Positions 10,664-22,600 of a DNA stretch of 38,829 bases are shown in pieces. Each line of letters opens with the position of its first letter. The first letter of the stretch is position 1. A program made the translations under genes and the position numbers. A model generated the notes under the pieces. It saw only the letters and a list, made by a program, of their open reading frames with translations. It was not told the DNA's origin and did no database searches. The stretch comes from Callorhinchus milii. Taxonomy: Eukaryota. The stretch lies in assembly GCF_018977255.1 (NCBI RefSeq), contig NW_024705502.1, positions 1 to 38,829 of the forward strand, written 5' to 3'.

Positions 10664-13600
10664 CTGGGAGAGAGAGGCAGCAGCACCACAGCAGCGCATC
10701 ATCGTCATCATCATTATCGTCATCATCATCAACATCGTCATCAACATCGTCATCATCATCGTCGTCATCATCATTCAACATCGTCATCAACATCGTCATC
10801 GTCGTCATCACCATCGTCGTCGTCATCGTCGTCGTCATCATCGTCGTCGTCATGATCATCGTTATCATCATCGTCATCATCAGACCCACAGAGACCCATA
10901 GACCCACAGTGACCTATAGACCAGAAGCCACTTGGCCATCTCAGCTGATAGCTGAATCAAGTCGGCTGATAACATCATCATCTTCATCGCGTGGACATTC
11001 ATAGCGGCAGTCAATTACTCGAATTGCGTGACGCCGATTCTAAACGTGGGAGGGGAAAATCTGCAGGACCCTGAGAAGAATCCACGTGGTGACCACCACG
11101 GGGACAGAAACGCAAAATGCAAAAATACAGCAGCACAGGCATCGTCAGGATCGGGATCGAGCCCACGACCTCCTGTGTACCAGGCGAGGTAGTTATCATC
11201 TCATCAGGATCGAATCCACTACCTCCTGTGTACCAGGCGAGGTGGTTAACATCTCATCAGGATCGAACCCACAACCTCCTCCGTACCAGGCGAGGTAGTT
11301 AACATTCATCAGGGTCGGGATCGAAACCACGACCTCCTGCATACCAGGCGAGGTAGTTAACATCTCATCAGGGTCGGGATCGAACCCACGACCTCCTGCG
11401 TACCAGGCGAGGTACACAGAGAGAAGCTCACCGCGGGCTGAGCAGCTGCAGAGCCTTGCACAGGAGTGGTGCCACCGCCGCTGCTGCTGATGGTGGTGGT
11501 GGCCCAGCTGGTGGTGCGGCCCAGCTGGTGGTGGTGGCCCGGATGGTGTGGTGGCCCAGTTGATGGCCGAATGTAGATGATGGAGTGGTGGTGGCGGTGG
11601 TGGGGTGGCCCAGCTGGTGGTGGTGGCCCGGGTGGGGGTGGTGACCAAGATGGTGGTGGTGGTGGCCCGGATGGTGGCCGGTGGTGGGGATGCCCGGGTG
11701 GTGGTGGTGGCCCGATGGTGGTGGTGGTGGGCCCGGTGGTGGCGGTGGTGGGGATGGCCGGTGGTGGTGGTGGCCCGGGTGGTGGTGGGGATGGCCCGGT
11801 GGTGGTGGTGGCCCAGATGGTGGTGGGTGGGCCGGATGGTGGCGGTGGTTGGTGGCCCGGTGGTGGTGGACCGGTGGTGGTGGGGGTGGGATGGCCCAGG
11901 TGGTGGTGGTAGCCCGATGTGGTGGGGGTGGCCTCGCTGGTGTGGTGGCCCGGTGTGGTGGGTGGTGGCCCGGGTGGTGGGGGGTGGCCCTGCTGGTGGT
12001 GGCCCGGATGGTGGGGGTTTGGAACCAGCTGTGAGCCAGCGCCTGCTCAGGCGTCATCCGGAGATTCGGATCCCATCTGTTGGGAGACGCACGAGGAGGG
12101 AGGGGCATGGTGAGATCATTTGACAGGTGGGAGGTGGGGAAAGTGTGGGGAGAGGGGGGGTGGAGATGGTGGGAGGGAGTGGTGGTGGGTAGTGGGTGGC
12201 AGAGCTGTCAACCCGTACGGATTATTCCATATTCTTGTACACGGAAATTGAGTTTTCAGGTCCGTACGTAGTGCAGCCGTTTCAATTCTGGGTAAAAATA
12301 ATAATTTGTATCTATTTGTTTGTGTTTGTCCCTTGTGATGGGATTTGCAGGATGAACGTTGAGATTTATAAGGGTCACGGAGTAACGACAATGTCTGAGT
12401 TGGGTCTGTTGTAAGGTTGGGCACTGATAAGGTGTTGACAGGTATAGGATGGTGAGTGGGGGTGAGTGGTGTGGGGATAAGTGGGATAAGTGGGGGTGAG
12501 CGAGGGGTTAGTGTGGTTCGTACTGGCAGCAGCGGCTGACAAAGTCCACCAGCTGAGGGTGGTGGCCCTGCAGCGCGCGGTGCAGGGGGAGGCTTCCTGG
12601 TGGCCGCTGCTTGGACAGGTTGTCGGGGAGGCCCTCAGAGTCTGCAGAGAGACGCACGCAGAGTCACCAACCACCACGTCGCCCACATACCTGCTCATCC
12701 ACTAACCTACCCACCTACCTATCCACCTACATACCCACTCACCGAAACACCTACATACCCACTCATCCACCTACCTACCAACTACCTAACCACCCTACAC
12801 ACCCACTCACCTGCCCACTTACTCACCTACCCTCACACCGACCCACTCACCCACCCACCTATGCACTTACCCACCTACCCACCCACTCGCCCACCTACCT
12901 ACCTACATATCCACTCACCCACCTACATACCCAGTCACCCATCTACATACCCCACTCTCCCACTCACTCACCCACCCAACCACTCACTCATCTACCTACT
13001 CACCTTCCCAACCACTCACTCACCCACCTACTCACTCACCCCCCCACTCACCCACCCATTCACCTACCCACCCACTGCTCACTCACCCACCCACCTATGC
13101 TTCATAACGACTGCTACTGAGAGCCCAAAACCCACCCCACCCCCGAGATAATCAGAGCCCCCCCCAGCCCCCCCCCCCCCCTACAAAATAACCCTATAAG
13201 AGCCTCACTGCCACCCCACCTAACAAAACGGAATGGGTTACGTCGCTTGCGCCAGCCTGCCAGAGCTCCTCGACTCACCAAAGAAAAGTGTCCTGTTTGG
13301 GGCGTCGTCCACCATCTTTTTCGGGGGCATGCCCAGGATCTGCGCATGGTTTCGGACACAGACAAAAGGAGGAGGAGGGGGGGGTTACAGCCGGTGGAGC
13401 CTCAGCGGGCCCATTGGGGCAAATACTGCATGTCAGCGGTGAGTCGTGGTGGAGGCAGCGCCTGTGGAGGCCGGCACTGTGTACAAAGACAACAATCCCC
13501 GCTTCCCCGTATTATCCTCATCTCATTGCTGGGCAAGTGCTGTTTAATCGCGAGCAGCACCTATGAAGTACGCACTGTGTACAAAGACAACAATCTCCCC

Positions 13601-16600
13601 CCCTCTCCTTATTAGCCTCATCTCATTGCTGGGGCAAGTGCTGTTAGCAGCGAGCAGCACCTATAAAGGCATGAACGGCACACGAGGGGGTGGGTGCCCA
13701 GTGCCACGCCCGGCCACCTTTGTCTCCCCCAGTGGAAATGTTTACTACACACTGCTACACCAGTACAGTAGAACTTTGTCACGAACGCTTCTGATCACCG
13801 ACAAAATCGGGTTCCGGACCAAAAAATTCACAAAAATTTTAATCTGGTAACGAACGGGTGGCGATCAAACACGGCCGCGGCCGATTTCCCCTTCCGTGTC
13901 ATTTTTTTGTTGAATTACACAACGCGTAACAGTTATGTATGTAACTTTGTTATATAAAATTCCTAGTAAGATATTAATTTTGTGAGTGTAGTCATACCCT
14001 CCCCCTCATTCAAGCCGTAATTTAAGAGCGAAAGCGCTGAGTACGTAAATCGCTCACGTAATAACCCGTTAATCTCTTCTCACATCATTCATACGATGAT
14101 GCGGTGAAGTAAACGTTCATACGATATTACGGTGAATGCTTCCAAAAACAATACTGTAAGCAAATATTACTGTTAACTTGCTTTCAATAGAAACATGAAT
14201 TTCTCATGCGAATATTCTCTCTCTCTCAGAATCGACCGACTGATGTAGCAGACGAAAACAATCATCTTGTTGAACGATTCTAAACCTTGAAGCGACAATG
14301 TTAGTTTTCCCTGTTGTTCAAGGTTTTCTCAGTGTTATTCATGTTTTTACATTTAGTTTACTATTACACTGTGCATTTATGGCATAAATAACTATTTTTG
14401 TGCTTAAAAATCTTAAAATAAACAATATTTATATACAGTTTGTAGGAGTCTGGAACGGATTAATCGTATTTACATACAATCCAATGGGGAAATTAGGTTC
14501 GAGTCACGACCAAATCGGGGTAGCGACCAACGTTATGGAACGAATTATGGTCGTGACCAGAGGTTCTACTGTACTCGCTTGAGGCTTAGTCGCCTATGAG
14601 AGGCCCTGGACCAATTCAGATATTCCTCTCTGGTGTTTGGGGCCGTGAGGGGGAATCAAACTCTGTGAGTATGGGTTTCTGTAAGTCTGTATGGGTCTCT
14701 ATGAGTATGGGTCTCTGGGTCGTGGTCTCTATGAGTATGGGTCTCTGTGCAGACCCACATAGACCCATACCCATAGACACCTGCCTTCCTACCCACCATA
14801 CCCACCCACATATACCCACCGTACCCACCCACCCACCGCCCGTACCTCAATGCAGCAGGGCAGGTGTTCTTCGACGGCAGGTGAATTGAAGAGCACCTTG
14901 CCGGTGGCCAATTCGGCCAAGGTACAGCCCAGGCCCACATGTCCGCAGCGCAGTTGACATCGTAGCCCAGCAGCAGCTCCGGGGCCATGTAGGGCAACGT
15001 CCCACCCACGTTTATGGCTGCACCAGCAACAACAACGACCGATGAATATGAAGTAGTCCCTCCGTCAACAGCGGACGTGGGGGAACAAGTTTCTTTTTTT
15101 GTCGGCTAAACGCGTAGTCGGCTTCTGAGACCGATATTTCACGGCGGAGGCGAGTTATTGGGTTGGACCGCGTACTCTGGCTGCCTGCCTGATGATGATG
15201 CTCGGCTGTAAACGCTCTCGAATTGTAAACGTCGTAGTGGGTTTACATCTCCAGCACACCGGTTAGTGCTGTGCAAGTGGCGAATTGGGCGCGTCCTGTT
15301 TACGTGACGCTGAACCTCGCCGGCGGCTGCGTTTACATTGACGCCATCTAACTCCCCCCCCAAAAAAATTCCACGCATGCACGCAAGGCCACTCACTTTT
15401 ATGCTTCAGGTAAAAGCTGAACCCGAAGTCGGTGACCCTCACTTTGCCGGCCGCGGTGAGCAGAATGTTGTCCTGGACAAAGGGGAGAGACAGAGAAGGA
15501 ATCCCACGCTCTGAGGTTACGGCGAGAGTGTCCAGCCAGCATTGGGTCGATCACGCAAAAGTGACGCATTGACACCCACATGGGCAGCCCCCCCCCCCCC
15601 GACTTGCGACACTGGCTACGTGCCTGAGACCCGTTCAAAGTTGTATTTTACTATCAGGGTGTAAGGCCCCGCTGAGCTGTTGTGTAGGTCTTTTATCGCA
15701 AACGACCCGGCCATCACGTAATACAGAAGCTCAACCAAGGGGCTGATATCATCGTCAGCATCATCATCAGCATCATCAACATCATCATTATAATTGCGTG
15801 GACATATATAGCAGCAGCCAAACACTCTAGAGACGTCTTTCAACAGGCCCTTAAAGACCCATACTCATAGAGACCCATACTCAGAGAGACCCATACAGAC
15901 CCACAGAGACCCATATTCATAGAGACCCCACACAGACATAGAGACCCATACTCATAGAGACCATACAGACCCACAGAGACCCATACTCATAGAGACCCAC
16001 ACAGACATAGAGACCCACATACTCATAGAGACCGACATATTCATAGAGACCATACAGACCCACAGAGACCCATACTCATAGAGACCCACACAGACCCACA
16101 GAGACCCATACTCATAGAGACACATACTCATAGAGACCCACAAAGACCAACAGATACCCATACTCATTAGAGACTCACACAGACCCACAGAGACCCATAC
16201 TCATAGAGACCCACACAGACCCACAGAGACCCATACTCATAGAGACAACATATCATAGAGACCCACAAAGACCAACAGAGACCCATACTCATAGAGACCC
16301 ATACTCAGAGAGACCCATACAGACCACAGAGACCCATACTCATAGAGACCCACACAGACATAGAGACCCATACTCATAGAGACCCATACAGACCCACAGA
16401 GACCCATACTCATAGAGACCCACACAGACATAGAGACCCACATACTCATAGAGACCGACATATTCATAGAGACCCCATACAGACCCACAGAGACCCATAC
16501 TCATAGAGACCCACACAGACCACAGAGACCCATACTCATAGAGACACATACTCATAGAGACCCACAAAGACCAACAGAGACCATACTCATAGAGACTCAC

Positions 16601-19600
16601 ACAGACCCACAGAGACCATACTCATAGAGACCCACACAGACCCACAGAGACCCATACTCATAGAGACACATACTCATAGAGACCCACAAGACCAACAGAG
16701 ACCCATACTCATAGAGACTCACACAGACCATACTCATAGGACCCACAAAGACCAACAGAGATCCATACTCATAGAGACCCACACAGACATAGAGAGACCC
16801 ATACTCAGAGACCCACACAGACTTCGAGAGACACAGACTAAAAACTAAGCTATGTTTTACTTTACTAGGTGTAAGGCCCACTCTGAGCTGCTGTGCAGCT
16901 GTTTTGTCGGAAGCTCCCTGGCCATCACAAACGATAGTCAACAACGTGGGCTGATATCAACATCATCATGCGGAAAGGTTACAGCAGCTGTCAAATACTC
17001 TAAATGCGGTGGTCATGTTGATTCTGAACGTAGAGGGAAAAACCGGAGGGCTTGGAGGAAAATCCACGTGACCACCACGGGGAGTGAGAGAGACGCAAAC
17101 TCCAAATATACAGCAGGCGTCAGGGTTGGGATCGAACCCACGACCCCCTGTATACCAGGCGAGGTAGTTAACATCTCCTAGCCACAGCTGCCTACCGTCA
17201 ACCTGCTACTTCTATCTGGAACGAGGAGGTGGCAGAGTCACAGTAGATTGACGAGCCAGCGCATCGACCCCGTGGATTAACAGTGGCCGGCCTGCCTCTG
17301 CGGTACGAGTGTCCACCTCGTACCGGATCGTCTTCGCCGGAGGTACCGTGACCTCACCACCACTACCACCACCTCTCTCCCGATGGACGGAGCCAGCGCA
17401 TCGACCCCCGCGATCAACCGTGGCCGGCCTGCCTCCGCGCCAGCTAACCGAGCGCCCCGATGAGAAGGCGTGACCACGCGCCCGCTCCGCTCACCGGCTT
17501 GATGTCCGCGTGGACGATGCCCGCCCCTTGGCGTACAACAGGAAGTCGAGGATGGCCTTGGTGTGCTCCCTCAACCGCCTCGCGGAGATTCGCCCGATGC
17601 TCCCTTTGCGCATGACGTCGTAGAGGCTCTTCCTGGCACGACAACGACGACGACGTTAAAACCCCTTTCCCGTTCCGATGACGTCCGCTCGGCGACCACG
17701 ACCCGGACCCCAAACCGACTTGTGCCACTTGGTTAGTTTTGGGGGGAGGGGTCATGAAACGCCTCGTCGCTCCGCGGTATTCATCCGCGGCCTGCCGCGC
17801 CGCACTAGCGCCAAGGGAACTGAATATTTAGTGATAATAACTTCATTATGATTTTATTATAATTTCACCATGATTATGTTATTCCCTTTTATTATTTCAT
17901 TACTATCATTTTATTACTATCATATCACATTTAACAATGAATGTATTCTATTTATTAATTTTATTATCAATATTTCTTAATATAACTTTGTATATAATTT
18001 TAATTAGCAATATATTCGTATTATTTCATTATAATTTCCTTATCTTAGAATTTCTTCCGTCATTTAATTGCCATATTATTGTTAATTATTATTTTTTCAT
18101 TATTATTCACCTATTAATATCGTATTATTTTATAAAATAGCCTATTAATGTACTAGCAGGTGTACCCGTTCTTCACACGGAAATTAATAGTTTAGTCCAT
18201 CACAGATGTGACGCCATCGCTCACTGCCATGCAATATATTATATCCATTATTACCCCCCAAATACAAAAGTCTATTTTTATACTTTTACATTGTGTACAG
18301 TACGGAAGCTAACCCACGTGCCAAATTTCAAGTTGGTTGCATGTTGGGAAGTATGCTAAACATTTCGAACAGACACACATATCCACACATTTCCCTTTTA
18401 TTTTCTACGTAGATTCTCATGAAAAAAATGAATGTATGATTCATGGGGAGCATTTCCGTGAGTCGCGTCTTCCGCAACCGGGGGACTTCCTGCGTCTGAT
18501 TTGTCGCCACGGTGTTCGCGATTGTCGATAACGCAGCGGTTCGCCGTGCTGAGCTGCTTGACCCACGGGGGCACGTGGGCGCGTGCTGTCGACTTCCCAG
18601 AGCTTTGGAGACTCGGTTGCCAAACAAATTGTGCTTGTAAAATTGTCAGATTAATTATTGCATAATTTAATTATCAAAATAGCATTCATTAAGTTATATA
18701 TTCGATTAAATTAATTGCTTTAACGAGGCGAGACATCTTTTGATGAATTGTTAACTATCTTTAAACTCATTAAATAAACTGCAAAATAAGTTAATTATGA
18801 AAGGTATTAAAAAAAAAAGCTATTTTTGGACAAATTAGAAAATTAATCCCCCCCCCTGCCCACTTTGCGCAAGAGCACAGAAGCCTGATACCACATCTGT
18901 GCCTCTATATAAGGAACGAAACAGGTGGAATTCTCCACAAATGTGGCTGTCGCCTGATGAAGCCAGTTGTAATTACTGCGAAACATCATACTCAGAGATT
19001 GTAAATGTTGTGGCGTGGCTTTCCAACACACCGTTGTGCTGTACCATTATACTACACTTCTTCTTCTTGTTCGTCCATCAAGTTGATGATGACCATGGCA
19101 CGTTTGTCATTTTGTTGGGTTTTGATGAGTGCGCAGATGGCTGAACAGGCCAATCCGAGCCCGGAATTCTCTGTGGCACACTGGACAGGTCAGGGAGGAT
19201 GTAGAGCTCTGAGGTGCAGCCACAAGTCCTTCCTTGGTAGATTTGCGCTGCTGCCTCTTCAAGATAGCACAGGAGCTTCTCCTACTCTCACAGAGGACTG
19301 CACCGTCCTGTACTTTTCTTCTCCAGGCAGGTCGGTCCTGTGCTAGGGATTCCCAGCTTTTCAGGTCGAATCCAAAGCTCTTCAAGGAAGCTTTAAGGGT
19401 GTCCTTGTAGCGCTTTTTGGGGCCACCTTGTGCTCGCTTGCCATTCTTCAGCTCGCCAAAGAAGACTTGTTTTGGAAGTCTCGCGTAGGGCATTCTGGTC
19501 ACGTGGCCAGTCCATCTAAGCTGTTCCTTCGCAAGCAAGGTGTAGATGCTGGGGATATTTGCCTTGCTGAGGACTTCCGTGTCAGGGATTCTGTCTTGCC

Positions 19601-22600
19601 ACTTGATCCTCAGCAGTTTCCTCAGACAGCTCAAGTGGAGATGATTCAATTTCTTGGCATGGCGCTGGTAAACTGTCCAGGCTTCGCACCCATACAGAAG
19701 AGTTGGTAAGACAACAGCCCGGTAGACCTTCAGTTTTGTCTCCTGCTTGATGCCAGTCCTTTCCCATACCGAGTCACGTAGACGTCCAAAGGCTGCACTG
19801 GCCTTGACAATCCTGATGTTAACTTCATCATCTATGTGCACAGCGCGAGACAGTGTACTACCAAGGTAAGTAAACTTGTCAACGGCTGAAAGCTTTTGCC
19901 CATTCACAAAGATGGTTGGCTCAGTGTAGGGTTTCCCAGGAGCAGGTTGGTATAGGACTTCAGTCTTCTTTGTGCTGATTGTTAGGCCGAAGTTGTTACA
20001 AGCTGAGGAGAAGTGGTCCATACTGTCCTGTAGATCTTTATTTGAGCCAGCAGCCAGAGCACAGTCATCAGCAAACAAAAGTTCTCGAACAGTGACTTCC
20101 TCCACTCTAGTTTTGGCTTGCATCCTCCGCAGATTGAATAGCCCACCGTCAAAACGGTAGATGAAGTTAATCCCAGTGTTGTGGTTCTGGAATGAGTCTT
20201 GCAGCATGGCAGAAAACACCATGCTGAAGAGCGTTGGCGCTAAAACGCAGCCTTGCTTCACCCCGTTTGTGATTGGGAACGGATCAGAGAGTTCTTGCTG
20301 GTCTCTGACGCTGGCCATCATGCCATCATGGAGATTGCGCACGATGCCAATGAACTTGTCTGGACACCCATACTTGGCCATGATTTCCATAGGCCCTCCC
20401 GGCTGACTGTGTCGAATGCTTTTGTTAGATCAACGAAAGCCATATATAGATCAACATTTTGTTCTTGGCATTTCTCCTGTAACTGCCGGGCAGTAAATAC
20501 CATGTCAGTGGTTCCGCGGTCTTTTCTGAAACCACACTGACTCTCAGGTAGCAGACCCTGGTCTAGGTGGACAATTAGGCGGTTCAGAAGGATTCTTGCC
20601 AAGATTTTGCCAGCGATTGATAGTATGGAGATGCCTCTATGGTTGTCGCAGTCCTGCCGATTGCCTTTCCTCTTATATAGATGGATTATAGAGGCATCCT
20701 TGAACTCCTGGGGAACGGCTTCTAATTTCCACAGAGACTGGAAGAGGTCGGTCAGTTTCTCGACTAAGCGAGGCCCTCCAGCCTTGTAGATTTCTGCTGG
20801 AATGGCATCGGACCCTGGAGCTTTGCCTGATGAGAGGAGTGTTATGGCTTTGCTGGTTTCCTCAATGGATGGTAGAACAGCAAGGGACTGGTTTATTTCA
20901 ACTTGAGGCAGTCTCGCAATTGCCTCCTCATTTATGCATGATGGCGGTTGAGGACTGCGCTGAAGTGTTCGCCCACCTTGCAAGTATTTTGTCCTTCTCT
21001 GTGAGGAGTGTTGTTCCATCTGCATTCAGGAGAGGTGAAGTTCCTGAGTGTTGCGGACCATAGACCTGCTTGAGTGCATCATAGAGGCACTTGGTGTTGT
21101 TACTGTCAGCGTAGGACTGAATCTCCTCAGCTTTTGCGCACAGCCAGGTGTCTTGCATGACTCTGAGTCTCTGCTGGACAATCCTGCGAATGTTGAGGAA
21201 GGCAGTTTTCTTTAAACTTGAGCTGCTGTCATTCAGATATGCTTTATGCAGGCGGTGTTTTTCGTCAAGGAGTGCTCGGATTTCTGCATCGTTCTCATCA
21301 AACCAATCTTGATGTGTACGTATGGGAACACCAAGTGATTCAAGGGCTGTAGAATGCAGCACGGTCTTGAGAGCAGTCCAGTCTGCCTCAGCGTCTGTAT
21401 GCTCGAAGCTTAGAGACTCCAGGTGATGGTCTAGAGCCTCAACAAAGGCCAGTCTGGTGTGTTCCTGTTGTAGGCGAGTGATGTTAAGACGCTTGACACG
21501 TCTTTTTCCTTGTGGGCGTCTGGGAGGCTTAATCCGGATGTTAAGTTTGGAGATGATGAGACGATGGTCAGTCCAACATTCAGCACCACACATTGCCTTG
21601 GTCACCCTGACATCGTGCCGGTCGCTCCTCCTCATGATGACGTAGTCAATCAAGTGCCAGTGGTGTGAACGAGGATGCATCCATAAGTTTTCTTGCGCTT
21701 TGGTAGTTGGAATATCGTGTTGGTGATGAGCAGGTCAAATTCAGAGCATGTTTTCAGCAGCAGAAGACCGTTGCTGTTACATTTTCCAATGCCATGTGCA
21801 CCTATGACTCCATTCCATGATTGATGGTCACTTCCAACTCTGGCGTTGAATCACCAAGTATCAGGAGTTTGTCCGAGCTGGCTGTGGCAGCAATAATGAC
21901 TTCCAGGTCATTATAAAACTTGGTTTTGATCTCGTCAGAGTTGGTCATGGTAGGGGCATAGGCACTGATGATGGTGGCCTCCTTTTTACCCAATAGGTGG
22001 AGCTGTAAGGTCATTAAACGGTCGTTTATCCCCTTGGGTTGGCTTGCCAGTTGGTTGACCAGGTGGTTTTTTACTGCAAAACCAACACCAGCATCACGTC
22101 TCTCCTCCTGGCCTCGTCCGCTCCAGAAGAATGTGTAACCTGCACCCACTTCAGTCACCTGTCCAGTATTGGCCAGTCGGGTCTCACTAAGGGCAGCAAC
22201 ATCCACATTGTATCTGGCTAGCTCTCTGCCCACGAGGGCGGTGCGTCTCTCAGGTCTTTTTGATCCAGATGTGTCCATCAAAGTGCGCACATTCCAGGCG
22301 CCAACAGTGAGTGGTATCACTTTGGTCTTTTTCATTTTATTTGTTTTCTTTTTTTTTCGACCGCAAGTATGGGATCCCGCCAGCTGCGGTAGGCTGGCCA
22401 GGATGTTTTGAAGCAGGCAATGTTTAGGGTACCTTTTCTAACCCTTTCCTCACTACGGAGGTGAGCAGTGTGATCCTGAATAGGGCTGCTCAGTCACTCA
22501 GGGTGCTGCCGGACTTCACTGCTGCTTCGGTCCAGTGAGGGAACGACCAATATCCTGAGCCGCCTGCGTGCAGGTTTGCGGCTACAGCTTCCAGCATATC

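Noticed and set aside
9699..10907. 402-aa minus-strand ORF with poly-Asp and poly-Arg
   Set aside because: It begins in an intronic trinucleotide repeat; the splice phase supports the other frame, starting at 10663
17100..17200. tRNA gene
   Set aside because: The tRNA-like segment is fused to a V-domain-like core and repeated many times with decay, so it is a SINE head rather than a tRNA gene
18524..18541. 17-mer gtcgataacgcagcggt shared with about 2460-2476
   Set aside because: The flanks do not extend the match; too short to define an element
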